Position numbers and translations under genes: made by a program. This document shows positions 41,601 to 52,785 of a stretch of DNA of 64,000 bases, one piece after another. This DNA is from Balanoglossus misakiensis (taxonomy: Eukaryota; Animalia; Hemichordata): NCBI GenBank assembly GCA_040954595.2, contig CM082577.2:6064301-6128300 (forward strand). The letters run 5' to 3'. The notes beneath the pieces were generated by a model that was not told the DNA's origin, did no database searches, and saw nothing but the letters and a program-made list of their open reading frames with translations. How positions within the stretch are numbered: position 1 is the first letter of the stretch; each line of letters starts with the position of its first letter.

Positions 41601-44288
41601 ATTCCATCCCAGAAAAATCGTATTACAATAATGCCCTTTTCTGTGTGTTTCTGAAATCGAAGCACGGTATATAGCGCTGATCACAGCGATAATGAAAACG
41701 TCGGACGAAAGGTTGCAGAACGCATATCGATAGATGCGGGCAAACGGATAATTCTGCGGGTATGAATTTCAAAGAAATATATTTTTGACTGAAACCAGCC
41801 GCACATATGTCCGAATTTAGAACTAAACTGGACAAAGCATGGAAAGGGCATTGTTATCATTCTTCACAAGACGACATCTTTTGGATTGAGCGAGATGGAA
41901 TTCCGTAAATTCGACATTATTCATCGTTTTTATTTATCCGTCGGCGGAAGGGCCTCTTTATATCCTTTGTGCGGAAGAATACGTTCTATTTAACGCGTGG
42001 ATAGCTCCGCATTTTTGCGCGCGAATAAACCGCGACAAAGGGCGGGAATAATTAACGGACAAGGTACACCCATGAGCGGTGAGGTTGTGTGCGTTGAAAG
42101 CCGGTGCTTATACTGCAAACTGATGGCAAAAGACGCAAATACAAACGCAATGCATATATTACTAGCGACATGGAAAATGCAAGATGTCAAAATGGCGTCT
42201 TCCCCGACCATGTGCATAAATCCAGACAACACGACTCTGCCGCCATGTTGTTATCGGCAGCTTGAAGCGTGCCAGATGAAACGATAACGAATTCAGTAAC
42301 GTTATTAAGAGCAAACATCAAAGCAAAATATGTTAAATATTTGATTGTTTTTATGATGCATATCGCACGGGACTAGGTATATCTGTGGATTATGTACATG
42401 ATGATGTATGTTTGCAAAGCTTTGCATTTTAACCTGAATGCATGTAGGGACAGAATCAATTTGTCTGAACATGCGAACCGTTAATGACTTGCTCCAAAAC
42501 AAAGCGACGGCGCCGATTAGATAAGCTTGTGCAGTCATCGCAAATAATTGCCCGTTGATTATCTGAGCATTACAACCAGTCACGCGTCAGTTGCAAGATC
42601 TGGCAAAAAAGGATTGTGCCTCCTTGCTTGATGAAATCACATGACATTTACCAAACCTGAAAAGCAAACAGAATCACGGAAAGAAAATACCGAGCAGGTA
42701 TTTTTTGTGGACTCGGAGAAGTGCATGTGCTTCCATAAGCTTGCTTGGTTTGCCTTTCACGTTAAATTCGAATTGCTTTTGCAAGACCCAAATAAGGGCG
42801 TCAATCATAATTTCATAACTCGTACATGAAATCGTGTGGTGACAGACCCCAAAGGAAAATGGCGGTAATAAATCATTCACTATTAAAGCAGACTTGAGTT
42901 GATTCAACTCGATGAGTCGGTTTTATTTTTTAATTATACATACCTCCAACTTAACGATGTGCGCTTAAAAGACCAGTTAAATTTTGGATGAAACGACGAA
43001 AGTTATGTGCAAAAGTAGTCTGTGAACATAGTCCCCACGAAGTGATTTTTAAGTTACAAATCACGGGGGTTGGCAACTTTGCTGATAGCGTTGATCCCCC
43101 AAAGAATTTACTTTATTTATCCGTGTTGTCCAACTACTCAAAATGCTAAAGGCGACTTGTTTTCTCTCAAGGTCTCTAGCAAAGGGGTCGATCAGAAAAA
43201 AAACTATGTACACACCATCATTCACTAAATTGTGCAATATTGTCATATAACCACGGCGAACGTAAATAGGCATTTGTCAAATTAGCCTAAGTCAAATAAA
43301 AAAAACACGCGTCAGAATTTCAAACACTGCAGTGTGGATATTGGCGGGAATGCCAGTGGTCATAGGCAACGGACTGCTCACACCAAATCGCACCATAGAG
43401 ACCCTATGTTCCTTGAGATGGGTCGGTTGCACGTTCCGATGTTTCCTCTTTGGGGTGTAGAAGTTTAAAAAAATGATTTAGGTTTGGTGAGACCGCGAGA
43501 AACAAAGCTGAGGTTCCATAATCGCGCAAAAATTGGACTTTTCTGGTGGTTCTGTCCGTGATTGTGAATATTTGGAGAGAAAAAAATATTTTGAGGCTAC
43601 TCTCCTTGTCACGTTTTCTTTCCGTGTTTTCAATATAATGCATATCGAATCACTGAGAGGGACGGAGACCGCCCACACTTTTATCTTCTCAACCCTAATC
43701 CCTGTACTGTTATTGCCCCCGCACGTTGAACACAAATAATAAGTGTCACGTATCGTTTCGTATATACGAGGAAAATAATGCACACCGTTAATTGAAAATC
43801 CCAAAACTTAATATCGCCGCTTTGCTTCATGCCAGAGGTATAATTTCGGGAAAACGCATTCCACCTTTTAGAGGGAATTTGTAATATTGATTTCTGTACC
43901 AAAGGTCAAATGATATATCGTTCAAAACTATTTTTTTAGCTTTTGCTCATTATTAAATATGACATAGCCGTAGTTATTTCAAACTTGCGCCCCTATATCT
44001 ATGTAGTGTACATTTATGAACATATATTACTGAGCGACTGTACATTAATTGCCGTTTCATAAAATGTACACCTATATACATAGAAATATTTCCAAACATA
44101 AACTTATAGTATAATGCAATTTATAGTACAATTATTCAATATTTTTCCCCGTGTTTTTTCGAGGTTCCGCCACTCGGAACCTCGCACACATCCGCATTTT
44201 CGCACTGAAATTCCATTCACCAACTGTTGCCAGTGTCAACGAGGTCAAGGCCAGGTCAGATTGTCAACAGCTGACTCCAATCCGTTGC

Positions 44289-45089
44289 TCACGACGACGG
44301 TGCGGCGGATGTGCCGCATTCGCGTATGGTGATGGTCACATCCTGTGTCGTCACATCCGTCACAGTCACATCGTCAGGTGTCTTTTTCGGCCTCCAGTCA
44401 ACATAACCCAGATTGTCGAAATAGTCGAAGAATCGGGCTCTCTTCGGCCCGTGTTCGCAACTGAGAGGCGGCTCGTCCTTTTCTAGCGAGTCGGCGGGCT
44501 CGTGATCTTTCACCGCCGCGTCTTCTTCCGAGATCGGCGTCAGTGGCGTCTCGAATGTTGCTATCGTCTGCTCATCTCCGCCATTTTGATTATCACTCTT
44601 CCACACACTCTGCTTGTCTAAGTGCAAGGCGCACTTCCTCTTACCTGCCAAGGCGCTGTTCGCGCACGTTTTCTCGGCGGCGACAATTTTCAGTTTCAAG
44701 CTGTCGGTAGATCTGATGACGCTGCATATACGTGCCTTCGACGATTTTCCCGCCTCTTTCTTGATATTTAATCCGGTGGTCTTGGAAACGGTGCCACAAC
44801 AATTACTACCTACGCCATTTGTGGCCTCCCCTGAATCCATATGTTCAAAATTATTTCCGCCCGAACTCTTATTATCTCCGCTCTGACAAATTTTACCTGG
44901 TTTCTCTTTTATAGATTTGCTGGAACCACGCTGTGCTACGTTTCCGTCGTCATCATCATCATCGTCGCTGCATTTTTCTTCATCGTCCAAGTCCACATTT
45001 TCTGAGTCTCGCCGGCTTCTCTTTCGTCGGCGGTCCTGTCTGGAATGTCGATCGTCTTCGTTGTCTATATTGCCGTTGCAATCTCTCTC
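44289..45089 (-). CDS. CBX: Polycomb/chromobox protein exon 5 (low-complexity linker and C-terminal Pc box)
   Basis: Acceptor tcctcttcctacCAG at 45092-45090; 801 nt in frame to the TGA at 44289. The C-terminus DWRPKKTPDDVTVTDVTTQDVTITIREC matches the RING1-binding Pc box pattern (V/I)TDVT.N.(L/V)TVT.(K/R)E. Confidence 0.92.
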   Translation of the reverse strand, partial: ERDCNGNIDNEDDRHSRQDRRRKRSRRDSENVDLDDEEKCSDDDDDDDGNVAQRGSSKSIKEKPGKICQSGDNKSSGGNNFEHMDSGEATNGVGSNCCGTVSKTTGLNIKKEAGKSSKARICSVIRSTDSLKLKIVAAEKTCANSALAGKRKCALHLDKQSVWKSDNQNGGDEQTIATFETPLTPISEEDAAVKDHEPADSLEKDEPPLSCEHGPKRARFFDYFDNLGYVDWRPKKTPDDVTVTDVTTQDVTITIRECGTSAAPSS

Positions 45090-45249
45090 CTGGTAGGAAG
45101 AGGACTAATGTAAAAACAATCCAAACACGTTAGAGAGAAAAATGCAACCGCATAGAATCAGACAGTCCGGAAAAATCCACGATTAAAAATAAACCCTCAC
45201 AAATACACAGGCTGAGGTCAGTAATATTGCATATTAAACGGTTACTTAC

Positions 45250-45313
45250 CTGTGAACGGGTGCGTTTCCATTTCTTCCCTCTGCCAGCGTGCGGCTGACA
45301 CTTCAACTGTTCC
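45250..45313 (-). CDS. CBX: Chromobox exon 4 (basic, AT-hook-like position)
   Basis: 64 nt, CAG acceptor and GTAAGT donor. Translates (R)EQLKCQPHAGRGKKWKRTRSQ; phases fit exons 3 and 5. Confidence 0.85.
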
Positions 45314-45560
45314 CTGTTTTATGCAAGAAAGAGAGAATGGGATCAAAGCGGTTGCTCAGTCAGCTGAATTTAGTGGAAATTAAATGGACTTTGGAGTGTG
45401 TGAGAGGAACGCTTTGAAGGTTTGCCGACGCTTTGAGTTCAGTGCGGCGGGCGTGCGGCCGGGGAGAAGCGAGACACTCGCGTGAATTTCGCAAAGTCAC
45501 TTATGATAAATATCCTATTTATTTCACGGGGACTCGCTTATATGCTTATACCGTTCCTAC

Positions 45561-45626
45561 CTTCCTTCAAACGCTGCCAGTAATCTGGGATCTAGTATAT
45601 TTGACTCGGGCTCCCAGGTATTATAT
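45561..45626 (-). CDS. CBX: Chromobox exon 3 (chromodomain C-terminal part)
   Basis: 66 nt, cttaCAG acceptor and GTAGGA donor. Translates (R)[21 protein letters not shown](R). Confidence 0.95.
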
Positions 45627-45786
45627 CTGTAAGTGAACATACATACAGACGCTTATATTAGGGGCCGTGTTCGCACGATATGACAAGCCCTGTTGTCAGT
45701 GTGGTGCGGTTCTCCGACCGTAATTACAGCAACCTGGGTCACTCCTCGGCTGGTCATTGACTGTAGAAAATATGCACGTCGCTTAC

Positions 45787-45830
45787 CTGGTCGGCCAGCC
45801 TTTCCATTTGACCTGGTATTCAACCGTGCC
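45787..45830 (-). CDS. CBX: Chromobox exon 2 (chromodomain core)
   Basis: 44 nt, CAG acceptor and GTAAGC donor. Translates GTVEYQVKWKGWPT(R), containing both aromatic-cage tryptophans. Confidence 0.95.
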
Positions 45831-45984
45831 CTGTGTATACGGAGAAGAGAAGCGCCCGTCAAAAATGTCGGCTGTTTTCATGTTTACAGTAATTCATCTT
45901 GTGTCGACAGATATGCACAGTTAACACACAGCTCAGCCAGACGCCCTATTCAATCGCAAAATTACTGAGCGCAGCTACACTCAC

Positions 45985-46080
45985 CTTTCGAACTCGCCGC
46001 TTCTGAATGTATTCGGCGGCGTAGACCTGCTCGCCGACGTTCGCCAGCTCCGAACGCTGACACGGTTCGACGTCCGTCAT
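45985..46080 (-). CDS. CBX: Chromobox exon 1 (chromodomain N-terminal part)
   Basis: ATG at 46080, 96 nt, MTDVEPCQRSELANVGEQVYAAEYIQKRRVRK, ending AAG|GTGAGT. Resembles vertebrate MELSAVGE(Q/R)VFAAE..KRR.RK and Drosophila Pc VYAAE. Confidence 0.93.
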
Positions 46081-46169
46081 TATCGACAGTTTGATACGAG
46101 CAGCTGTTATTAGCCCGGTGCTCTCCGCAGCTACACACACGTACGTACTAGACAGGCTACGGACTGCTG

Positions 46170-46320
46170 TGTGCGCGGCGATATAATATTTGTCAATACG
46201 CGAAACGGGCTCCTGCAGACCTATCCCATAATACGTCGCCACATCAGCTTGCCTGGTTGGCGTGACGTCACATGACAGCGGCGACCAGCAGACTAAGAGT
46301 ATTACGCCGGGGAAAAAAGC
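46170..46320 (-). promoter_or_regulatory. Probable chromobox gene promoter
   Basis: CpG-rich, with a CRE TGACGTCA at 46263-46270 and an AT-rich TATTATAT element near 46181-46190 upstream of the ATG. Confidence 0.4.
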
Positions 46321-49300
46321 TTTTTCTTCGCCGAATGCGAGCTGTAACAAGCGGGAAAAACACGGGTATACTTGAAATGGCTGCGGTGATATGCACAAAG
46401 AGATTATATACACCTTATTTGATTCGCCAACCCTGAGTGATTGCCTGTAATTTGTAGGCTTGCAACAGACTTTGATTGAGACTATGTTACCGCCATTAAT
46501 GGGACAGTTAAAGCAACCGTTAGGCATCAGAGCCTTATCGTTAAAAATGCCTGAAGTCAAAGCCCACGTCTGTCATATTTAATTCTCCTTAACTAATTAC
46601 GCGAAACGTTTTCAGGGGCAGAAAATGAACACGGGTTGAATTCACGACTCGCGTAGGGATATTGGACTACGTTTGTCGCCGTGACGTGTGTTACACAACC
46701 TAGGCAATATTTAGCTCTTAAAATATTATTATGCGCGCTCAGTTTGCCATTTATGTCATAGAATTAAAATGAATAACCAAATTTAACCAAGTGAAAAGTA
46801 TTAGAATTCGCACTGTTGGAATTGAGGTCACATTTCAGTTGATATATTTCTGACAAGATCATAGCGATTCAAAACGGATGTCCGGACTTGTAGACTAAAG
46901 GGGCAAAATCTACAGAGAAATTAGGTATGCAATATGAAACGATTCTTCTTCAGGATATGTGACACTGCATTAACATATGACGAAAGTCTGTCGGGGGGAA
47001 TCAGTATCATAGAATCACACGACATGCGCGCAAAAATGTGTTATTATTAGTGCATTCCAAAAGACAGGCTCCTTTTTCTCCAAGTTGCTCGAGGGGATTT
47101 GTAAACGCTGTAATGGCTGGAGAGATATAGCGGTATCTCACATTGTAAATGTTGACACAGAGGCACTTGTAGGCAAGGTCGAGTGTGTGTGTATGCGATG
47201 GTGCTGAAACAGTGCGCCATTCGAGAGCTGCGAAGAAGGAGACCCTTCAAAGATTGCACACGTGGCGGTGTAGGTTTTATGGCGGCCTCTTTTGAGCGCG
47301 GGAATCGAGGTCACCCGCGTCGTGCAGTGGAGCAAGAAAATGCACAAGTCACGTTCTTGTGCCTGACATTTTGAGCGTTTGTCGGTCGAGACACAGTTTT
47401 TTTTCTCAGTTGCCGTTTAAACCATGGTTGCAGAGGAACTTGGCACCAGCCAAATTCAGGTCGACGTGCGAATTTCACGATAAGACATGTTTTGAAAAAC
47501 AAAAATTAACGGTAAACTACAAGTCTGGTCGTGTTAATTTTTGTCGTCGTGCGCTGATGTTTGTTATCCGAGGGCACATCGTGTTAACATCTCACGCGAT
47601 TGTAGACCACGTCGGGTCGTCAAAACATTCAAATACAAATAAAACACTCTACAGGCACGTCACGGGAAACCAGAAATTTGCTATATTGATAATAGTCTTA
47701 CAATGTTTCGTCAGACGCTGGAGTCATCAACCTCTCTGACATAAATACATATAGTGCCTCAGTTTTTGAATATTATCTGTACGTGTTTATGCGTGGGTTA
47801 ATTGGTTTGTTGGAGAACTTTGCTGTATCGTGACTGCATTTAGTTTGATTTGATAATCAGGCTCAGATTGTGCGAGTTCAGAAGATGGGACGCTTGGGAA
47901 ATCTGTGGCAATAATCGTTGAATGTACCATATCCTTGAGAAACAGTCATATCTGTGACGCTGCAGTGCTCTTTCTGTTTCTCAAGTTCCGGAATTGGATT
48001 GTTTTTGCGACGTCCCGCCGACTGCTATTAATTTCTCAACAAACTCTTGTAAAATGTCAGGCAATATATCAGGCGACCACTACAGATAAATGTTATACAA
48101 TGTAATCATACCGAGGATGGCTGTTTGCCATTATCCAAAACGAACGAATGAAATGTGAAACGATCAAAATGTACTTGATTGTACTAAGTGACTTCACTTA
48201 TACCGCAAATAAGTGTAAATCGAGAAGATTGTATTGTATTGTTTCTTGATTTTACTGCTGTCTCACTGGCGATGTGACTGGTACAGACGGCCAGTAAAAA
48301 TTAATGAATTGTGCGGGAGATACGGGGGGGGGGGGGGTTAAACAATGTGCGGTCAGTGTGCATGTTTTTATTGTCACAGTGATAAAAATATATAGCCATT
48401 TCAATAAACCTGTGTTATTTATATTTTTCCGACGCACCGAGCCACCTTTACCCACAGCTCTTGATGAAAAAAAAACAAAATAGATAAGCATAAATAATCA
48501 AATATGACACGAGGCTGTATCCGTTTAAACCCCCCCCCCCCCCCCCCATTGCCGAACAAATTATTCGATACGGAAAGGCAACGTGCACGATCAGAACACC
48601 CAAAGCTTTTCGATTCCCATTACAATGCACTTCCCCTCAACCATACTTCCCTCTCATATGATGCGTCGATTAGTAATCGACCTAAAATGCCAGGTGTTAT
48701 TTTTATTCCGCTTCAGAATTAATTGATTTACGTCGAGCATCTCACTGTCCGCGGTCACTCGTATTTTCGCAATTAGTGACGTCACTGCAGCGGTCTCCAC
48801 GCTGCGGCTCTGACGTCACTAAGCGGATTTCAACGATCCCTTGCCGTCGGGTAAACCATGCATCGTCAAAATTGGCGTGGTGTGTTTATCCAGATGATCG
48901 CAATCGAAGCAGTCCTTGGGCGCACAAAACGCATCTGGAAACAAGAAGACCCGAATTCCTTTAGCTGTGGGAAAGAACGGTTTTAAATATCGATTTTTTT
49001 TCATCGCAATGCAGACGACAACGCCGCGTCCAATTTGCATGAACTCATTGTGTTGACGATGTCCACACGGCAGATGTGACATCTACTCGCAAATTACCAT
49101 TTTCTACCCAAACAATATTAATTAATGCTTCCCCCACATCAAATATGAATCTGCATTTACCGTGCCGACATTTTCTATCAAAATATCCAACGTTGGCGCG
49201 ACCTAGTACAGTGCTTTAGGCACTGTAAGTTGATATCAATATGTTTGTCACTGTAAACGCCTTTTTATCTGTTTAGGTGACATTTTATATGACTATTTTT

Positions 49301-52300
49301 CGAAACGTTGGGGCGGCTATTCCCCTTTGTCAGAAATTCCAATGCAGTGCCCGGCGACAATATCTCGAAATTGAATTGCTATCGGGTAAATCTCAATAAA
49401 ATTCTCACAGTTCAAATCAATTTTGCACGAACAATAAAACACCCAGTCAACAACATTTACGTTTTTCCAGAATGTTCCCAATTGACCCTATCACGTAAAA
49501 TGGCGCCGACAGAGAGCTCTCAAAGACAGCCACGTGTTAACATTTACTGAAAAATAAATGCCGGGAGTTTCTGCCAGACTGTTATTTCTGGAACACGCGT
49601 CAATTGCATGCACCATTATCAAAAACATGTTCGCGTGTTTGATGATGTTGTCTTTCAAAAAAGCGTTGCGAGTCATGGGAATGTTTGTGACATGCTAGAA
49701 TTACTGTCAACAAAATGCGCCATTAAAATGATAAATCTTCCGGAAGGGGTAATAATTGAGAACAAACCCGATATTACATTCGTCGTTCGGGAGATGCGAA
49801 ACCATAAAATCATACAAATGTCATCTTGAAGAAGTACGCCGAGTGAAATAGATTAACACAATGTCGAATGATGACAATGTCGGCTATAAGGACTATGCTA
49901 TGTGTCACTTATATTTCTCCGGTTGCACTTATTTTTAATGGACAAATTCATTTATTACACATCGGCGAAAAAAGCGCCCTTTAATTACACTCCCGGGCGC
50001 CAACTGATCGGTTATGACGAGGCTGTAACTTGAAAATTATCACGCATGTCAATCTGGAAGTTGGCGAAAGGTCTTCACCACGATTGAGGGGCCATAAATC
50101 TTTCCATCGCACGGAATAAAAAAACCCCACAACGCCTGGCTTATTTTCAACACGAAATTGCAATTCACGTTTGTTTAGAAAGTAAGCGCTAAAGTCAATT
50201 TATGTGTAGTTAATAGATAAGGCCAACGAGATTGACAACAACTTTCACAATGCAGACAAAGCGATATGTGTCACAAAAATAGGAATTGGATTCTGGTCTG
50301 AAATTATTATAGAATGACAAGCAACAAATTTTGAACTAGGTACATTGTGTGAAACTTAATTTATGGGAAGTACATAAACGACATTTCCCAGTCATATTTG
50401 GAAATTGAATTTTTTATTCGCGCGAAGATTTCTTACCATAATTCATCTATCCATCCACCCTGCCATTCAGCTATAGCTATCTAGCTATCTAATCCACCCA
50501 TAGCCAACGCACCCACCCATCCACCGTCCGTCTTTATATGACACATGTCTTAGCAACGTGTCTTAGCTAATCATCTGTGTACCTTTACCCTTTCCATACA
50601 CACCCTTTTCTCCGATCTAATAGTCCTCGTGTACTTTCACTTGATTGATGTATACTTCTAAAGACTTTCCCGCGAGCAGTGCGTCCGCATGTGTTTTAGT
50701 AAACGACAAGATAACAGCGTCGTGTCCAAACCATGTACTTGCCAAACAACTAAAAACCCTCCAAAAATCTCCAGCTAAAAAAAAACACAAAACATCACTG
50801 CTCTTGCTTGTTCATCAGCCCCACGTCGATTCGTGACCACGCCAGAACGGGAATGCCCTTAATATCCTTTAAGGAGCGTTTTCGACAGGCATTTAATATG
50901 ATTACGTAGGTGTATCAAATTGTCCTCCCCTACTACAAGATCATGGAAACAAGACACCGCAAAGTATATGCGGCCCAGAATAAAACAAGAGGTCGAAGGA
51001 AATCGTGGACGTAATATATGACGGTATATAGCTGATCATCAGTGTGTATGCATGGGCATCGTGGTATGCGAATTAAAATTAACATCATTGATCGGACGCC
51101 AAGGCGACAAAATTGGCGACAGAAATATTCCCGATATTCCATTAAACAAACATCGTCAGCAGACAGACGCGCGTTCACGTCACTGACTTCGTTCGGCGAA
51201 ATGGTCGCTGCACATGCATTTTGTGTCTAAATAGGCTCTAATTCGAAAGCGGTTATACTTATCCCTATTAACGTTTACAAACGCGGCGGATGTTTTGCTG
51301 ACTGTGTGTTCTGCAAATACGAGAAGGATATGAAACAAACGTCTGCACAGGGTCTGGCTGAAGGCTCGAATAAATACTGAATTTCAAAACAATTCTATTC
51401 CACTGCAATTTCGCCTTGGTCCGTTGGTTGGAAAGAATTTCAGTATGGCGGACACATGTTTGAAAATATGGTCTGATTGCTTTGTTCGATGTCGATTACC
51501 CCATGGAAACAAATAGAACACTGTGATATGGTAAGGACTATAAAGTACGTCTACGAAGTATTGTACCACACATCCAAAAGCAGCAGAGTCACGTGACCAA
51601 CGTTTCGTTGGATGGAGCTTTACATCAGACTGACGAAATAAACAATGTTAAAATGAGCGATTTTACACCCATTTAAATACAATTATAATTTTCAGCAGAT
51701 GGAAAAGAACATCCTCAGACAGGAGAGATTTTTAAACAGCCAGGTAATATTACATGCACTCAAAGAATCCGTTTACACTATGATTCGTGTTAACACCCAC
51801 GATCTATAAACACCCACATATGATGAACATTTACCTGGAATTACATCGGACTGTTAACTCGATTTGTTCGCAGCACGCGCTATGTAAGGTTACCATGGTG
51901 AAGATCCCCCAGGCCCTGTCATAGGAACGCTGCGGTGTATTGTACATGTTTACACTTTTTTTGGTAATTCAAACAGAAACCTTGTGAATGCAAAGCGACA
52001 CAAGATGTAAAATATGCTACAGTCGACCTCTGCATTGAAAAGTATATTGTTAGAAATGAGGAACACATTTAATACGGCAATGGCGGTTTAAGAAGTACAT
52101 GTAACCATAGTGTACTACTTCCCCCGCCGTATAAAGGGAATGATCACAATCTAATATGACATCGTTTCAGCAATTTTGTTCCGCAGTCATCTATAGTACT
52201 CAATGACATGCATTATATGGAGGCAGTTCCACAACATAAATTTTCCTGTACAATACATAAAATCGAGTAATAAAGATACATGTAACTACCAAAAATGGAC

Positions 52301-52751
52301 AATAACGCAAGGATACAGCGACTATAGTCTGCCACTGAAAATAAAGCCAATTCTAAGCTGTTTTGTGGCATATATGTCGAGTTAAGTTAGCGGTGATTAT
52401 AGACCAGAGTACATGACTTCCTGCATAGTGTACATAGAAGTCTTAGTCCGATAAATAGTCGAGTCGGTTCTAGTCACAGAGAACCGAAAGGCGTATTTTG
52501 AAAAAAAGTACAGACGTTAAAATCGTTAATACATTGAAATATTGTGTGATAGGTTTTCTGGGACATTTTTAAATTATCGCAACCACGCCACTCCGTGACC
52601 CGGATGTTGAGATCACGGGTTCGGTTTGACCCAAGTCACTTTTTTGTAACGGATAAATTGCTAATTTATGACGTGTTTGTACACCGCAAGTCGAGTGTAC
52701 TTTACCCTCACAATTGATGGTCTGCATACGGTAGCCAAACACGGTCAGCCC

Positions 52752-52754
<3 letters not shown>

Positions 52755-52782
<28 letters not shown>
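52755..52782. repeat. (TC)14 microsatellite
   Basis: Directly visible. Confidence 0.95.

Positions 52783-52785
<3 letters not shown>

Noticed and set aside
44114-45133. Plus-strand ORFs overlapping CBX exon 5
   Set aside because: They are antisense shadows of a real coding exon.
46081-46560. Reading frame stays open about 160 codons upstream of the CBX ATG (ORF 45946..46560)
   Set aside because: The peptide has no recognisable similarity and runs through the promoter-like CRE region. Pc-class proteins normally begin close to the chromodomain. An extension cannot be fully excluded without TSS data.
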